Positions 16,963 to 26,453 of a stretch of 32,000 bases of DNA are shown here, one piece after another. Position numbers and translations under genes: made by a program. The DNA is taken from the NCBI GenBank assembly GCA_003144275.1, contig NJBF01000008.1, positions 39,232-71,231 on the forward strand, given 5' to 3'. Position 1 is the stretch's first letter. Every line of letters starts with the position of its first letter. Under the pieces are notes generated by a model, which saw only the letters and a program-made list of their open reading frames with translations, did no database searches and had not been told where the DNA came from. This DNA is from Candidatus Heimdallarchaeota archaeon B3_Heim. Its GTDB lineage: Archaea; Asgardarchaeota; Heimdallarchaeia; Hodarchaeales; Hodarchaeaceae.

Positions 16963-17286
16963 TATAAAAGGTTCCTAGCGTGTATTACATTTCCTTAGTG
17001 CTCTATTGATATTTTATCCTATTATTCTTTTAAGAATCAGGGTTATGCATGGAAAATTTGAATATACAGAATATACTTTCATTCTTTCACAAAGTATTTA
17101 CAAATTAAACATCCAGAATACTCTGAGTGAAAACTGGTTTACGCAATCCTATCTCCAGATTAGAAATCATATTTTGAATAGCTGAAAAATGGTGAAAACT
17201 CATAAAGACATAATATTGACCGATCTGTACTAGGGAATAAGTAAGTTAATGCTATATTCTTAATAAAAGCACATGAGAAAGTATTA

Positions 17287-18117
17287 ATGGCAATTCTTCA
17301 ATTTATTTGGGAACCTATAATAACAGACCCTATTCAAGCTGTATTAGCAGTAGCTTTTTCCTTTTTTGTTGGAATAATCTCTTCTGCATTGGGTGTTGGT
17401 GGAGGTTTTATTACTACTCCATCTTTATTCATTATGGGTATTGATGAAGCTTACGCTGTTGGTACTGCACTATTCATGATAATTTTCACTGCATTATCTT
17501 CCACATTTGCATATTCTCGTCAGAAAGGATTAATTGAATTTCGATCTGGCTTTTTAATAGCGACTACAACGATAATAGGATCGGTTTCAGGTAGTATTAC
17601 AAGCTCCATATTAGCGGTTGAAGATCCACAGCTATTCCGTATTGTTTTTGCCGTGTGTCTAATTCCTATAGCTATTAAAATGATTTTTTACCCAAAAGAA
17701 AGACGAACAAAACCATTTGCTGAAGAAGAAATTGAACACGATAATATAATATGGTATGGATTTGAAAAACGTGAGATATATTCAACAGCATTCGGTCTCA
17801 TTGCAGGATTTTCGTCGGGATTATTAGGCATTGGTGGGGGAGTTGTAATGGTTCCTATACTTGTCACAGTTGGCAAAATACCTATGCATAAAGCAGTAGC
17901 AACTTCAATGTTCATTATGATCTTTACAAGTATCGCTGGAGCAGGAGTAAAATTCACCCAAGGACAAGCACATCCCGATTTAGCACTTTTTCTCGTTATA
18001 GGTATTGTTCTAGGAGCACAAATCGGTGCTAGACTTGTGAAACGAGTTAATACAATTCATTTACAGCGAGTATTCGGATTTATGATGATTATTGCTCTTA
18101 TTTCCATAGTTCTCTAA
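17287..18117 (+). CDS. TauE/SafE-family (DUF81) anion/sulfite exporter-like membrane protein
   Basis: Polytopic membrane protein with the duplicated signature LGVGGGFITTP and LGIGGGVVMVP in its two halves. Confidence 0.85.
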   Translation: MAILQFIWEPIITDPIQAVLAVAFSFFVGIISSALGVGGGFITTPSLFIMGIDEAYAVGTALFMIIFTALSSTFAYSRQKGLIEFRSGFLIATTTIIGSVSGSITSSILAVEDPQLFRIVFAVCLIPIAIKMIFYPKERRTKPFAEEEIEHDNIIWYGFEKREIYSTAFGLIAGFSSGLLGIGGGVVMVPILVTVGKIPMHKAVATSMFIMIFTSIAGAGVKFTQGQAHPDLALFLVIGIVLGAQIGARLVKRVNTIHLQRVFGFMMIIALISIVL

Positions 18118-18350
18118 GACTCACTATTCATTCACTTGGAATTATGTGAATAAACACTACACAAAGGGAATATAATCCAATTCTTGAAGTTTTAAAAGCC
18201 TATGAATATAAAGCTTGATTGTATTGATTATATGGGATCAGCATTAATCAGTCTGTAGTCAAGTGTATTAGACTGTGATAAGCTTTTCGAGTATCCAAAC
18301 AAGTATAGTTAATTAAAACCATACAATTCTTCCAACGCTAGGTGCTAATG

Positions 18351-18737
18351 ATGAAGGGTGACTCTATTCTAGTTGTAGATGATGAAGAGGATACTGTAGA
18401 ATTAGCGAGAATGGTTTTAGAATTTGAGGGTTATCGTGTATTTTCCGCTAACAACGGACAAGAAGCAATAGATTTCCTAAAAACTCAAGATGAAAAACCG
18501 AACTTAGTTCTACTAGATGTCCTCATGCCGAAAATGGATGGATTAAAAGTGTGTAAATGGATTAAAGAAAATCCACACCTCAAAGAAATCCCAGTTCTCT
18601 TATTTACTGCTAAAGTTGGGAATAAGGATCGTATTGCAGGGGAAAAAGTTGGTGCAGATGCTTACATTGCTAAACCATTTAGTGCTGATGATCTACTAGG
18701 CTTAATTCAAACACATATTGATAAAACAAGATCATAA
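18351..18737 (+). CDS. Stand-alone response-regulator receiver (CheY-like) protein
   Basis: ILVVDDEED, the phospho-acceptor context LVLLDVLMPKMDG, LLFTAK and YIAKPF. AGGTG at 18340-18344 lies 6 nt upstream of the ATG at 18351. Alternative starts are 18342 (GTG) and 18348 (ATG). Confidence 0.9.
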   Translation: MKGDSILVVDDEEDTVELARMVLEFEGYRVFSANNGQEAIDFLKTQDEKPNLVLLDVLMPKMDGLKVCKWIKENPHLKEIPVLLFTAKVGNKDRIAGEKVGADAYIAKPFSADDLLGLIQTHIDKTRS

Positions 18738-18754
18738 TTTGAAATTTTTATAGA

Positions 18755-19078
18755 TTATTCAATGCTTTCTAAGTAGAGGGCAGCAGAGGGAAATAACTTT
18801 GTTATTTGCTGATTAAATTCTGCGGTTCGGTTTTTCACATTAATTGACACTTGAATATTCCCATCATTATGGGTAAAAAAAAGATGGATCAATATATTTG
18901 GAGGGTGTTTTTCTTCTAAATATCGAAATGAGAACTTGTTAACTAATTGGTGATTTAAAATTTTCAAAAATTCTTCTTCAGTGAAACTTAGAAATATGGT
19001 GTTTGGGGTTTGTTGATGGCCGTCTAAAAGTTGAACATCATCAGGCAAAAACTCTAGGAATGAATCCAAAGTTGTCAT
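18755..19078 (-). CDS. Hypothetical protein (107 aa)
   Basis: Its ATG directly abuts the stop of the upstream FAH gene (TAAATG), which suggests co-transcription. I cannot assign a family with confidence. Confidence 0.5.
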   Translation of the reverse strand: MTTLDSFLEFLPDDVQLLDGHQQTPNTIFLSFTEEEFLKILNHQLVNKFSFRYLEEKHPPNILIHLFFTHNDGNIQVSINVKNRTAEFNQQITKLFPSAALYLESIE

Positions 19079-19873
19079 TTAATCAACTCCGACTGTAAGA
19101 GTTCCAATTTTCTCAATTGAAGCTTGTAAAAAATCTCCACGATCAAACTTAGCAACTCCTTCTGGGGTGCCAGTTGCAATTATGTCCCCTGGTTCCAGTG
19201 TAAGAATGGTACTACAATATTCGATTATTTGGTCAATTTTATGGAGCATATCTCTTGTATTTCCATCCTGACGCACTTCATCATTCACCTTGAGCCTAAT
19301 AGAAAGTGAATGTGGATTTGGAATTTCATCAGGTGTTACAATCATCGGTCCTATAGGACAAAATGTATCAAAACCCTTTGCGATAAACCAAGGATGGCCT
19401 TTTTCCTTTGCTTTCGACTGGATATCTCGTGCGGTGATATCCAATAGTATTGTATAACCAAAAACGTGTTTAAGAGCTTGTTCCTTAGAAATGTTCTTAC
19501 CACCTTTTCCGATAACTATTGCCAATTCAACTTCATGATGGACTTCTTGTGTTTGCTGCGGAATGATAATCCTGTCACTTGGACCTATTACAGAGGAAGG
19601 TGGTTTTAAAAATAAAGGGGGGAATGGAGGTAGTTTTGCAGGATGGATACCCATTTCTAGAGCGTGAGCAGAATAATTCTTAGCCAGGCATACGATTTTT
19701 GGTGGAATAATTGGTAGCTGCAGGTCAGGGATATCGGTCAATGTTATGCTCCCCGTACTCTCAAATAGTGACGGATCAGTAATGAATGGAAATATACTGC
19801 CCATAGTTGGAAATTTCTTTATCTCATGGTTATTAGACGCTACCACCGATCCTTGACTCATTCCAATCTTCAT
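19079..19873 (-). CDS. Fumarylacetoacetate hydrolase (FAH)-family protein (oxaloacetate decarboxylase / 2-keto-4-pentenoate hydratase-like)
   Basis: FAH core blocks: KIVCLAKNY, HHEVELAIVIGKGGKNISKEQA, GYTILLDITARDIQ, KGFDTFCPIGPMIV, GDIIATGTPEGV. The N-terminal ~25 aa may be over-extended (internal Met at residue 24). Confidence 0.85.
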   Translation of the reverse strand: MKIGMSQGSVVASNNHEIKKFPTMGSIFPFITDPSLFESTGSITLTDIPDLQLPIIPPKIVCLAKNYSAHALEMGIHPAKLPPFPPLFLKPPSSVIGPSDRIIIPQQTQEVHHEVELAIVIGKGGKNISKEQALKHVFGYTILLDITARDIQSKAKEKGHPWFIAKGFDTFCPIGPMIVTPDEIPNPHSLSIRLKVNDEVRQDGNTRDMLHKIDQIIEYCSTILTLEPGDIIATGTPEGVAKFDRGDFLQASIEKIGTLTVGVD

Positions 19874-20103
19874 TAAATTCCCTTCTCTTATTTTTCCGAT
19901 GAATTAAAGAAAGTCTGCATACACTTTTCTGAGAATGAAAGACAGGAATTTAATCTTATCTCTCTAATATCTTTCATATCCAGATTAGATATTGTAATTT
20001 CCTCGTTTTTTCGGGAAAATAATACAAGAATTCAATTAAACAGGTTCTATATCTAGGGTATTGAATATGATTTTCTAAATGACTTATTGATTGAGGCTGA
20101 AAG

Positions 20104-21030
20104 ATGAAAGTTCTTGTCACTGGGGGAGCTGGTTTTGTAGGAAGCCATCTGATAGAAGAGCTACTAGTTCAAGGTCACGAAGTTGTTTGTTTAGACAATT
20201 TTACCTCTGGAAAGAGAATAAATCTCGAACCCTTTAAAGAAAAGATCACACTTATTGAAGGGGATATATTAAATCTTAAGGATGTGCAAGCAGCTCTTGA
20301 AGATGTAGAATCAGTTTATCATTTAGCAGCTCAAATTTCTGTAACCCAATCTGTGCGCAATCCCCTCCATGATGCCTCAATAAATATCAATGGGTTCATC
20401 AATATATTAAATACGATCCTAGAAAGTTCAGTGAAACGGGTTGTATATGTTTCCACAGGGGGAGCAATTTATGGGGAACCTCTTCACATACCCGCGTCAG
20501 AAACAACTCCTGAAGAACCCATTTCTCCCTACGGGTTGAGTAAGTTGGTAGGTGAAAAATATCTGAAATGGTTCAACGCTACTCATGGCCTTTCATATGC
20601 GATTATTAGACCAGCCAATATCTATGGACCCAGACAAGATCCATTGGGAGAAGCAGGAGTAATTTCAATTTATTTAGGAAGAATGTTGAACAAAAAACCC
20701 CTGGAGATATTTGGTGATGGATCTGACACTCGAGATTATGTGTACGTCAAAGATATAGCAGCTATCTGTACAACCGCTATGGCCTCCAACGTCGATGATA
20801 CTTACAATGCTGGAACAGGGATTCAAACAAGTTTGAATGAATTAGTAGAAATAATCGGAGAAGTCACTACACTTCCTATAAAGAAGGTGTTCAAACCTCC
20901 AAGACCAGGAGACGTCAAAAAAATTGCTTTAGATATCACTAAGGCAAAAAAAATTCTCAAATGGACACCACAGACAACATTTAACACAGGTATTCAAAAT
21001 ACATGGGATTGGTTCAAAAATACACACTAG
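20104..21030 (+). CDS. NAD-dependent nucleotide-sugar epimerase/dehydratase (extended SDR, GalE-like)
   Basis: VLVTGGAGFVGSHL Rossmann motif and catalytic SPYGLSKLVGE (YxxxK). GAGG lies 7 nt upstream of the ATG. Confidence 0.9.
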   Translation: MKVLVTGGAGFVGSHLIEELLVQGHEVVCLDNFTSGKRINLEPFKEKITLIEGDILNLKDVQAALEDVESVYHLAAQISVTQSVRNPLHDASININGFINILNTILESSVKRVVYVSTGGAIYGEPLHIPASETTPEEPISPYGLSKLVGEKYLKWFNATHGLSYAIIRPANIYGPRQDPLGEAGVISIYLGRMLNKKPLEIFGDGSDTRDYVYVKDIAAICTTAMASNVDDTYNAGTGIQTSLNELVEIIGEVTTLPIKKVFKPPRPGDVKKIALDITKAKKILKWTPQTTFNTGIQNTWDWFKNTH

Positions 21031-22034
21031 CTTTCAATCAGGGTATTTATAAACGTCATTTTATCTTCCAACCATTCCTCATTGATTTCTGTTCCACCAA
21101 ACCAAGTCCAGAAAGATGCAACTACCCATGGATCTAATTTCACGTCTAATCTTGGACTCTGTGCCACTAGAAAGAAGGCCTGCCAAAGTTCTCCGACTGC
21201 AGTTTCAAATAGTCGACTTGCTACGGAAACGGTTTTCCCGTTGTTTCTGATATCCATACTCTGGTTAAGTCGAAGCTCTGACTCATTTATTGATACAAAA
21301 GCTGATAAAATCCACATTTCACGATCAGTACGCAAATGTTGTTGGAATAACCGATCAGCTAGAAGCTCTAATTCTTGACGTGCATTAGATAACCTCGCAG
21401 GATTAAAGTGAGAAATCCGTAAGAGCTGGTTAAAAAAATCATATAGATTCAAATCAGCATTTCTTAAAGAATCAAGTAAAAAAGGGGCGGTTCCTAATCC
21501 AAACGCGTTTTGGTTCATTAAAGGAATACATATGGCTTCCTCCGCTGCTTTAATTAGCCAGATATATGCATCTGCAATCATATCTTCCTGAATTCGATTT
21601 TTTACTCGCCCTAAAAGCATCCTAGCTGTTTGCCTTTTCAAATCAATTACTTCTGGTTGCCATTCAACATGTTCAGCTTGAGATTTCCAGTCATCCAATT
21701 TCCCCCGAGGGTCGTATATTATGTCACTGGATTGTAAAAGTCTCATAACTGTTGCAACTTGCCAATAGGGAACATTTTTGCCCTTAAGGACGTCTTCGAA
21801 AAATCCTCGTGGGGATAGTGTTAGTTTTACTTCAATATCGGAGAAGTCCTCTAAGTCTGTTAAAGTAGTCTCTTTTAAATCACGAGTTTTTTCTCTAATA
21901 GCCCAAAAGACGATTCTCGAATCTAAATTGTCGTATTGATCATGGATTAAAAATCTTCCAAGTTCCTGATCCTCTGTTGTTATCCTTGTAAGTAAAATTT
22001 CGATAATTTGATTAATAATCTGCTGATCTACCAA
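21027..22034 (-). CDS. Hypothetical helical, Trp-rich protein (335 aa)
   Basis: Long clean ATG-started ORF. Its stop overlaps the convergent epimerase stop (shared CTAG at 21027-21030). I recognise no family. The N-terminal ELGRFLIHDQYDNLDSRIVFWAI faintly recalls a degenerate minimal nucleotidyltransferase motif. Confidence 0.55.
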   Translation of the reverse strand: MVDQQIINQIIEILLTRITTEDQELGRFLIHDQYDNLDSRIVFWAIREKTRDLKETTLTDLEDFSDIEVKLTLSPRGFFEDVLKGKNVPYWQVATVMRLLQSSDIIYDPRGKLDDWKSQAEHVEWQPEVIDLKRQTARMLLGRVKNRIQEDMIADAYIWLIKAAEEAICIPLMNQNAFGLGTAPFLLDSLRNADLNLYDFFNQLLRISHFNPARLSNARQELELLADRLFQQHLRTDREMWILSAFVSINESELRLNQSMDIRNNGKTVSVASRLFETAVGELWQAFFLVAQSPRLDVKLDPWVVASFWTWFGGTEINEEWLEDKMTFINTLIES

Positions 22035-22156
22035 TAATTCATCTCCAAATCATTATGGACTACCTATAGGAATCCTCTTTCAATCACTTATTCGATTCCG
22101 AATTCTTTTAAAAAATCTCTTACCTTTATACTAATCGACAAATATAGGTGTATTCT

Positions 22157-24520
22157 ATGTCCAAGGTCCATTTGAGTCAAATATTGTTATTCTTATTATG
22201 TTCCCCAATTACACTGATTGTCGGTCAATCATTTATTACTGAAACTGCATCTATTCCCGCTCAAGAGGCACTTCCCGAGAGGATAAAGGTAGATATAACA
22301 TTAAATGTCTTAGTTGTCTTAATGGAGCTTTCTGACGATCCACACCATGAAACTCACACTGTTCAACATTTTACTGATTTATTTTTTTCTAATGAATCCT
22401 TTAGTATTCGTCAATATTATATAAATTCATCTTATGGCTCAGTGGATTTATCTGGAGATGTACTTGGATGGTTTCAGGCAGTAGAGCCTCTTTCTTATTA
22501 TGGTGGGGGTACACGTATGCCTCCTGGTCAGGACACAAATCCAGATTTACTTGCAGGGGAAGCATATGAACAAGCCTTGGATGTTGGTAAAGACCCCCTA
22601 AGTTACGATTTATTTGTAGTAATTCATTCGGGAGATGGTCAAGAATACTCGGGAAATTCAAATGACATTTGGTCGCATCAATGGGGGGTATCCACAGACT
22701 CTGGTTGGGTAGCTTATTCTATGAACCATGAATATGTGGATTATAGCACTCCTTCTCATGAGCTAGGACATGCATTATATTTCCCAGATTTGTATGACTA
22801 CAGAGATTACGAACATACCTTCGCTGGCGAATACGGTATGATGGGAAGAGGTAGTAGTCATTTTTCGATTTGGAATAAATATTATAGTAAGGTTTCTCTT
22901 GCATCTTCTGCTCAATTCCTTTCTGCGGATTATCGGCTACAAGTAACAAATTACACAACAGATACTTTGTCTACAATAACTCCCATCGGTGTAGAATCCC
23001 CTCAGGGAATAATGTGGCTTGAGATTGGATGGAATTCCTCAGGATATATTGATCCTAACCATGGGTCAGGGTGGACTATTACAGTTCGTGAAGATCTGGA
23101 TTATGATAAGCTCTTACCCAAATTTGGAATGGTTGTAGCAGAAATTCAAGTAGGGCCGCGAACTTATACACAAGTCGAAGGTGAATATCCTCCATGGAAT
23201 GTAATTGATGCCCACCCAGAAACAGAAGAAAATAAAGACGATGCTCCTTTTTCATCTTCATCGGGTGACATAGGAACATTTGTTTCGGGTGCAGGGTGGG
23301 CTGCCCAAATTTTGGAAACGTTTACGAATAAATCTTATCGTATTCGGATAACTAATGAGAGTAATATACCTATAATTAATTTAAATGAGCCCAATGAAGT
23401 AATCACTGGAAATTATGACCTACATTTTTCAGTTGACCATCTTAACTCATCAAGTATAACTTCAGCTGAGGTTTCTATCGATAATGGTCCTTGGGAATTA
23501 GCTACACCTGATCTTTCTCCAAATATGTACGTTTATTCATGGGATTCGACCCAAGAACGAGAGGGATCGCATATTATTCGTGCTCGAGCAGCTGATAACA
23601 CAAGTTCTCCATATATTGGATACTCTTCATTCATTTCTGTAGAGATTGACAATCGGAATGGTTCGATTCTTGTTGTAGATGATGATTTAGGTCGTGATGC
23701 GGAAATAAGTGTATTAGAAGCGTTAGATACATTAGGATATGCGAATGAGTACGAAATCATGTGTACTTCTTCTTTTACTGATGCTGAAGTTACTGCTGAA
23801 GAATTAGCTCAATACAATACAATTATTTGGGTTGGAAATCCCGAAATTTCTCCAATAAGTAACTCTCACATTAATAACAATGAGTTCAAAGAGATAAAGA
23901 AATATTTTAACTCAGATCTTGGTGATGAACGATCTCCTGGTATTATCTTCATGTCTTCTTATACGATCTTTGATTTTAGTAATCAGGGAGCCGAGTTCCA
24001 AAATGAATACCGTGATATTTTCCAAGCGGAATCCATATTAAATTTTCGATCCCCTGCTTCCATGTTAGAAGGGTTACTGTTCTTAGAAGAACTACCTCAA
24101 TTTACACTCGGAAATACCGATACACTTCGGGCAACCAGAGGTTCTGATGGAGAACTGGTTAATTTATTGATAGGTGCTACCCCCATCCTTATAGATATTG
24201 ATCCTCAATTTTCTTCCTACAGTACAAAAGGATATGTTGTTGATAATGGACAATATAAATTAGTCAACTATCAATTTCAACCTGATATGGTTCCTGACGA
24301 CATTCTACCCCAATTACTTAATTTATCTCTGAACTACCTATACATACCAGCCAATGGAACAGTTATTACCACAACCACAACGACCACACCTACAGTTATG
24401 GATCCTGTCCCAATTATAGGCTTTTTTGCCGTAAGTGGATTGGTAGCATCGGTTTTATTCGTAAAATTTAGACCAAGACCTCGTAAAGGAGAATCAATCT
24501 GGGTTAATCGGAAAAACTAA
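22157..24520 (+). CDS. Secreted, C-terminally anchored M6-like (InhA-type) zinc metalloprotease with large accessory domains
   Basis: The ATG at 22157 lies 6 nt after AGGTG (22146-22150). The signal peptide is MSKVHLSQILLFLLCSPITLIVG. The M6-type blocks DIWSHQWGV and PSHELGHALYFPDLYDY (HExxH) are present. The C-terminus has a Thr-rich linker TTTTTTPT, a TM helix IIGFFAVSGLVASVLFV and a basic tail KFRPRPRKG. Confidence 0.75.
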   Translation: MSKVHLSQILLFLLCSPITLIVGQSFITETASIPAQEALPERIKVDITLNVLVVLMELSDDPHHETHTVQHFTDLFFSNESFSIRQYYINSSYGSVDLSGDVLGWFQAVEPLSYYGGGTRMPPGQDTNPDLLAGEAYEQALDVGKDPLSYDLFVVIHSGDGQEYSGNSNDIWSHQWGVSTDSGWVAYSMNHEYVDYSTPSHELGHALYFPDLYDYRDYEHTFAGEYGMMGRGSSHFSIWNKYYSKVSLASSAQFLSADYRLQVTNYTTDTLSTITPIGVESPQGIMWLEIGWNSSGYIDPNHGSGWTITVREDLDYDKLLPKFGMVVAEIQVGPRTYTQVEGEYPPWNVIDAHPETEENKDDAPFSSSSGDIGTFVSGAGWAAQILETFTNKSYRIRITNESNIPIINLNEPNEVITGNYDLHFSVDHLNSSSITSAEVSIDNGPWELATPDLSPNMYVYSWDSTQEREGSHIIRARAADNTSSPYIGYSSFISVEIDNRNGSILVVDDDLGRDAEISVLEALDTLGYANEYEIMCTSSFTDAEVTAEELAQYNTIIWVGNPEISPISNSHINNNEFKEIKKYFNSDLGDERSPGIIFMSSYTIFDFSNQGAEFQNEYRDIFQAESILNFRSPASMLEGLLFLEELPQFTLGNTDTLRATRGSDGELVNLLIGATPILIDIDPQFSSYSTKGYVVDNGQYKLVNYQFQPDMVPDDILPQLLNLSLNYLYIPANGTVITTTTTTTPTVMDPVPIIGFFAVSGLVASVLFVKFRPRPRKGESIWVNRKN

Positions 24521-24536
24521 ACAAGATTAGAGTCTC

Positions 24537-25457
24537 TTACATCGATTGATCCTCTGTAAGTACGGCCAGAATGATACCTATTCCAATGAATATTCCTCCC
24601 AATAATGTTGTGAATGGTAATCTTTCTGACAAAAATATAAATCCTAAAATTGATGCACCAGCTGCTTCTCCTAAAACCGTTAAAGATACAACCTGTGCAG
24701 AAAGTTTTTTCATAGAGTATGTATACAGAGCATGACCCAATAAACTCGGCCCTATGGCTAAAGCAAGAAACCAGGTCATATCAGATGAAGGAAATATCCA
24801 AACATTTTCTGAAAGGCCTAAAGAATAAAGAAATAGGAATATGGTGCAATAAGCGTTAACAAAGTATGTATAAGCAATATTAGAAACATTGAAACGACTT
24901 CGCATTTGTTTTCCGATAATGAAATAACAAGCAACCATTAGGGCACCAAATAAGGCTAAAAAAACCCCTTCTTGAAAGGAGCCGAGTAATTGACTAGAAA
25001 CCTCACCAAACGCAATAAGTATAATTCCAAAAAAACATAGAATCAATCCAATCACTTGGGAAGAAGTAATCGTCTCACGGAAAAGAGCAAAGGAAAGAAA
25101 AATTACCCAGAGCGGAGACGAGTTTACAACGATTACCGATGCTGCTACAGAAGTATACTCTAAACTCTGAATCCAGGAGAAAAAATGAAGTGAAAGAAAA
25201 AAACCTGCTAAGATAAAGTATTTCATATGGCCGAAGCTTGAAACAGAACGAAATTGTCTTCTAATTTCTGCGGAGAGTAGTAAGGGTGAAAGTAAGAGCA
25301 CTACCAAAAACAATCTCCAAAATGCGATGGTTATTGCCGTTGAAATGCTATATCGAATAAAGATTGAAGCTCCTGATACTGCTATTGTAGCAATAATTAA
25401 GGCAACATATTCGAATCTGATTGGAAATTTGCTCGTAATTTGTGAGATTTCTTTCAT
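24537..25457 (-). CDS. EamA/DMT-superfamily transporter
   Basis: About ten hydrophobic helices in two EamA-like halves. The preferred start is the ATG at 25457 (MKEISQITSKFP...). The ORF-track start at 25544 adds 29 non-membrane residues and would overlap the divergent nfo start codon. Confidence 0.8.
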   Translation of the reverse strand: MKEISQITSKFPIRFEYVALIIATIAVSGASIFIRYSISTAITIAFWRLFLVVLLLSPLLLSAEIRRQFRSVSSFGHMKYFILAGFFLSLHFFSWIQSLEYTSVAASVIVVNSSPLWVIFLSFALFRETITSSQVIGLILCFFGIILIAFGEVSSQLLGSFQEGVFLALFGALMVACYFIIGKQMRSRFNVSNIAYTYFVNAYCTIFLFLYSLGLSENVWIFPSSDMTWFLALAIGPSLLGHALYTYSMKKLSAQVVSLTVLGEAAGASILGFIFLSERLPFTTLLGGIFIGIGIILAVLTEDQSM

Positions 25458-25542
25458 TGCACATTCTTTAGGAATAAACACTAATAACTCTTCTGGAGGA
25501 CGAATCTTAAAGAGAATGGACGACTTATAGAGATAAATAGTC

Positions 25543-26415
25543 ATGTCTAAAGAAAAAACTATACTTCCGCGAATAGGAGCACATAAATCTATAGCGAATG
25601 GAATAGATAGAGCAGTTGATCGAGGACTTGAAAGTACCTGCGAATGCCTTCAGATTTTTACTCGTCCACCTAGACGTTGGGAAGCAGGTAAATTCTCATT
25701 AGACAAAATTCGAGTTAAAAGCTTTCTAGATAAAGCCGAAAACGCCAAATATTTCGATACCGCGATCCATATGCCGTATCTTCCTAATTTGTCTTCCCCC
25801 GACGACGGCCTCTACAACAGATCGATCAAAGTTCTCCAGGAAGAGATCGTAAAATCGCACCTTTTACATTCCCCCTATGTCATTTCACACCTTGGAAGCC
25901 CGAAAAAGGAATCACGAGATTTTGCTGTTAAACGTACAGCTAAAGCTTTAGATCAAGCACTTGAATCACGAATAGCGCCTACAATGATTCTATTGGAAAA
26001 TTCAACAGCAAAAAGAAGAGATTGGGGGAAAAATATTGAAGATATCACCAATGTCATAAATACCGTGAACCAACCGCAGTATGTAGGAATGTGCTTTGAT
26101 ACCGCACACGCTTTTGCCTCTGGTTATGAGATTTCGTCTCCTGAAATACTTCATGAGGTATTTGACAGTATTGACGAGCTGGTAGGGAAAAATAAAGTCC
26201 GAGTAATTCATCTCAATGATTCTAAGGGCCAATTAAATTCAGGAATCGATCATCATGAACACATTGGTCGGGGAAATATAGGCATTGATTGTTTTCGGGA
26301 ATTAATGCAACATCCTAGATTTAATAATATTTCTATGATTCTTGAAACTCCCAAAGATGAAAAAATTGATGATAAAAAGAATCTCGATCTCCTTCGGAGT
26401 CTCAGAAAGAAATAA
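25543..26415 (+). CDS. nfo: Endonuclease IV (AP endonuclease family 2)
   Basis: Colinear Nfo blocks: IGAHKSIANG, LQIFTRPPRRW, IHMPYLPNLSS, VISHLGS, LLENS, MCFDTAHAFASGYE, IHLNDSKG, IDHHEHIGRGNIG, MILETP. Confidence 0.92.
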   Translation: MSKEKTILPRIGAHKSIANGIDRAVDRGLESTCECLQIFTRPPRRWEAGKFSLDKIRVKSFLDKAENAKYFDTAIHMPYLPNLSSPDDGLYNRSIKVLQEEIVKSHLLHSPYVISHLGSPKKESRDFAVKRTAKALDQALESRIAPTMILLENSTAKRRDWGKNIEDITNVINTVNQPQYVGMCFDTAHAFASGYEISSPEILHEVFDSIDELVGKNKVRVIHLNDSKGQLNSGIDHHEHIGRGNIGIDCFRELMQHPRFNNISMILETPKDEKIDDKKNLDLLRSLRKK

Positions 26416-26453
26416 AATGTCTCAGCAAATGGTTTTGTTGAGGTAACTCTAAC

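Noticed and set aside
17045-17188. 47-codon ATG ORF in the 324-nt divergent intergenic region between coaBC and the TauE gene
   Set aside because: It has no SD and no recognisable motif, and it sits where two divergent promoters are expected. It is most likely a chance ORF in AT-rich DNA.
14556-17957. Antisense ORFs 14556-14798, 15731-15916, 16448-16750 and 17688-17957
   Set aside because: All lie within well-supported CoA-operon or TauE genes on the opposite strand, and none shows motifs.
18755-19078. Faint resemblance of the 107-aa protein C-terminus (LFPSAALYLESIE) to NuoC/complex-I 30-kDa subunit motifs
   Set aside because: The similarity is limited to a few residues, the protein is far too short, and no other Nuo or hydrogenase genes are nearby.
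21082-23760. Antisense ORFs inside 21027-22034 and the M6-like protease gene (21082-21378, 22401-22661, 22719-22958, 23079-23279, 23533-23760)
   Set aside because: These are shadow frames within long ORFs that carry clear motifs or clean coding structure. Other shadow ORFs rejected for the same reason are 6463-6693, 8177-8431, 8236-8418, 25327-25530, 26002-26232, 26402-26611, 27734-27916 and 31036-31245.
25458-25544. 29-codon N-terminal extension of the EamA transporter (ORF-track start at 25544)
   Set aside because: The extension is not membrane-like. Its ATG would share the palindrome CATG with the divergent nfo start, leaving no promoter space. The internal ATG at 25457 gives a normal transporter N-terminus.
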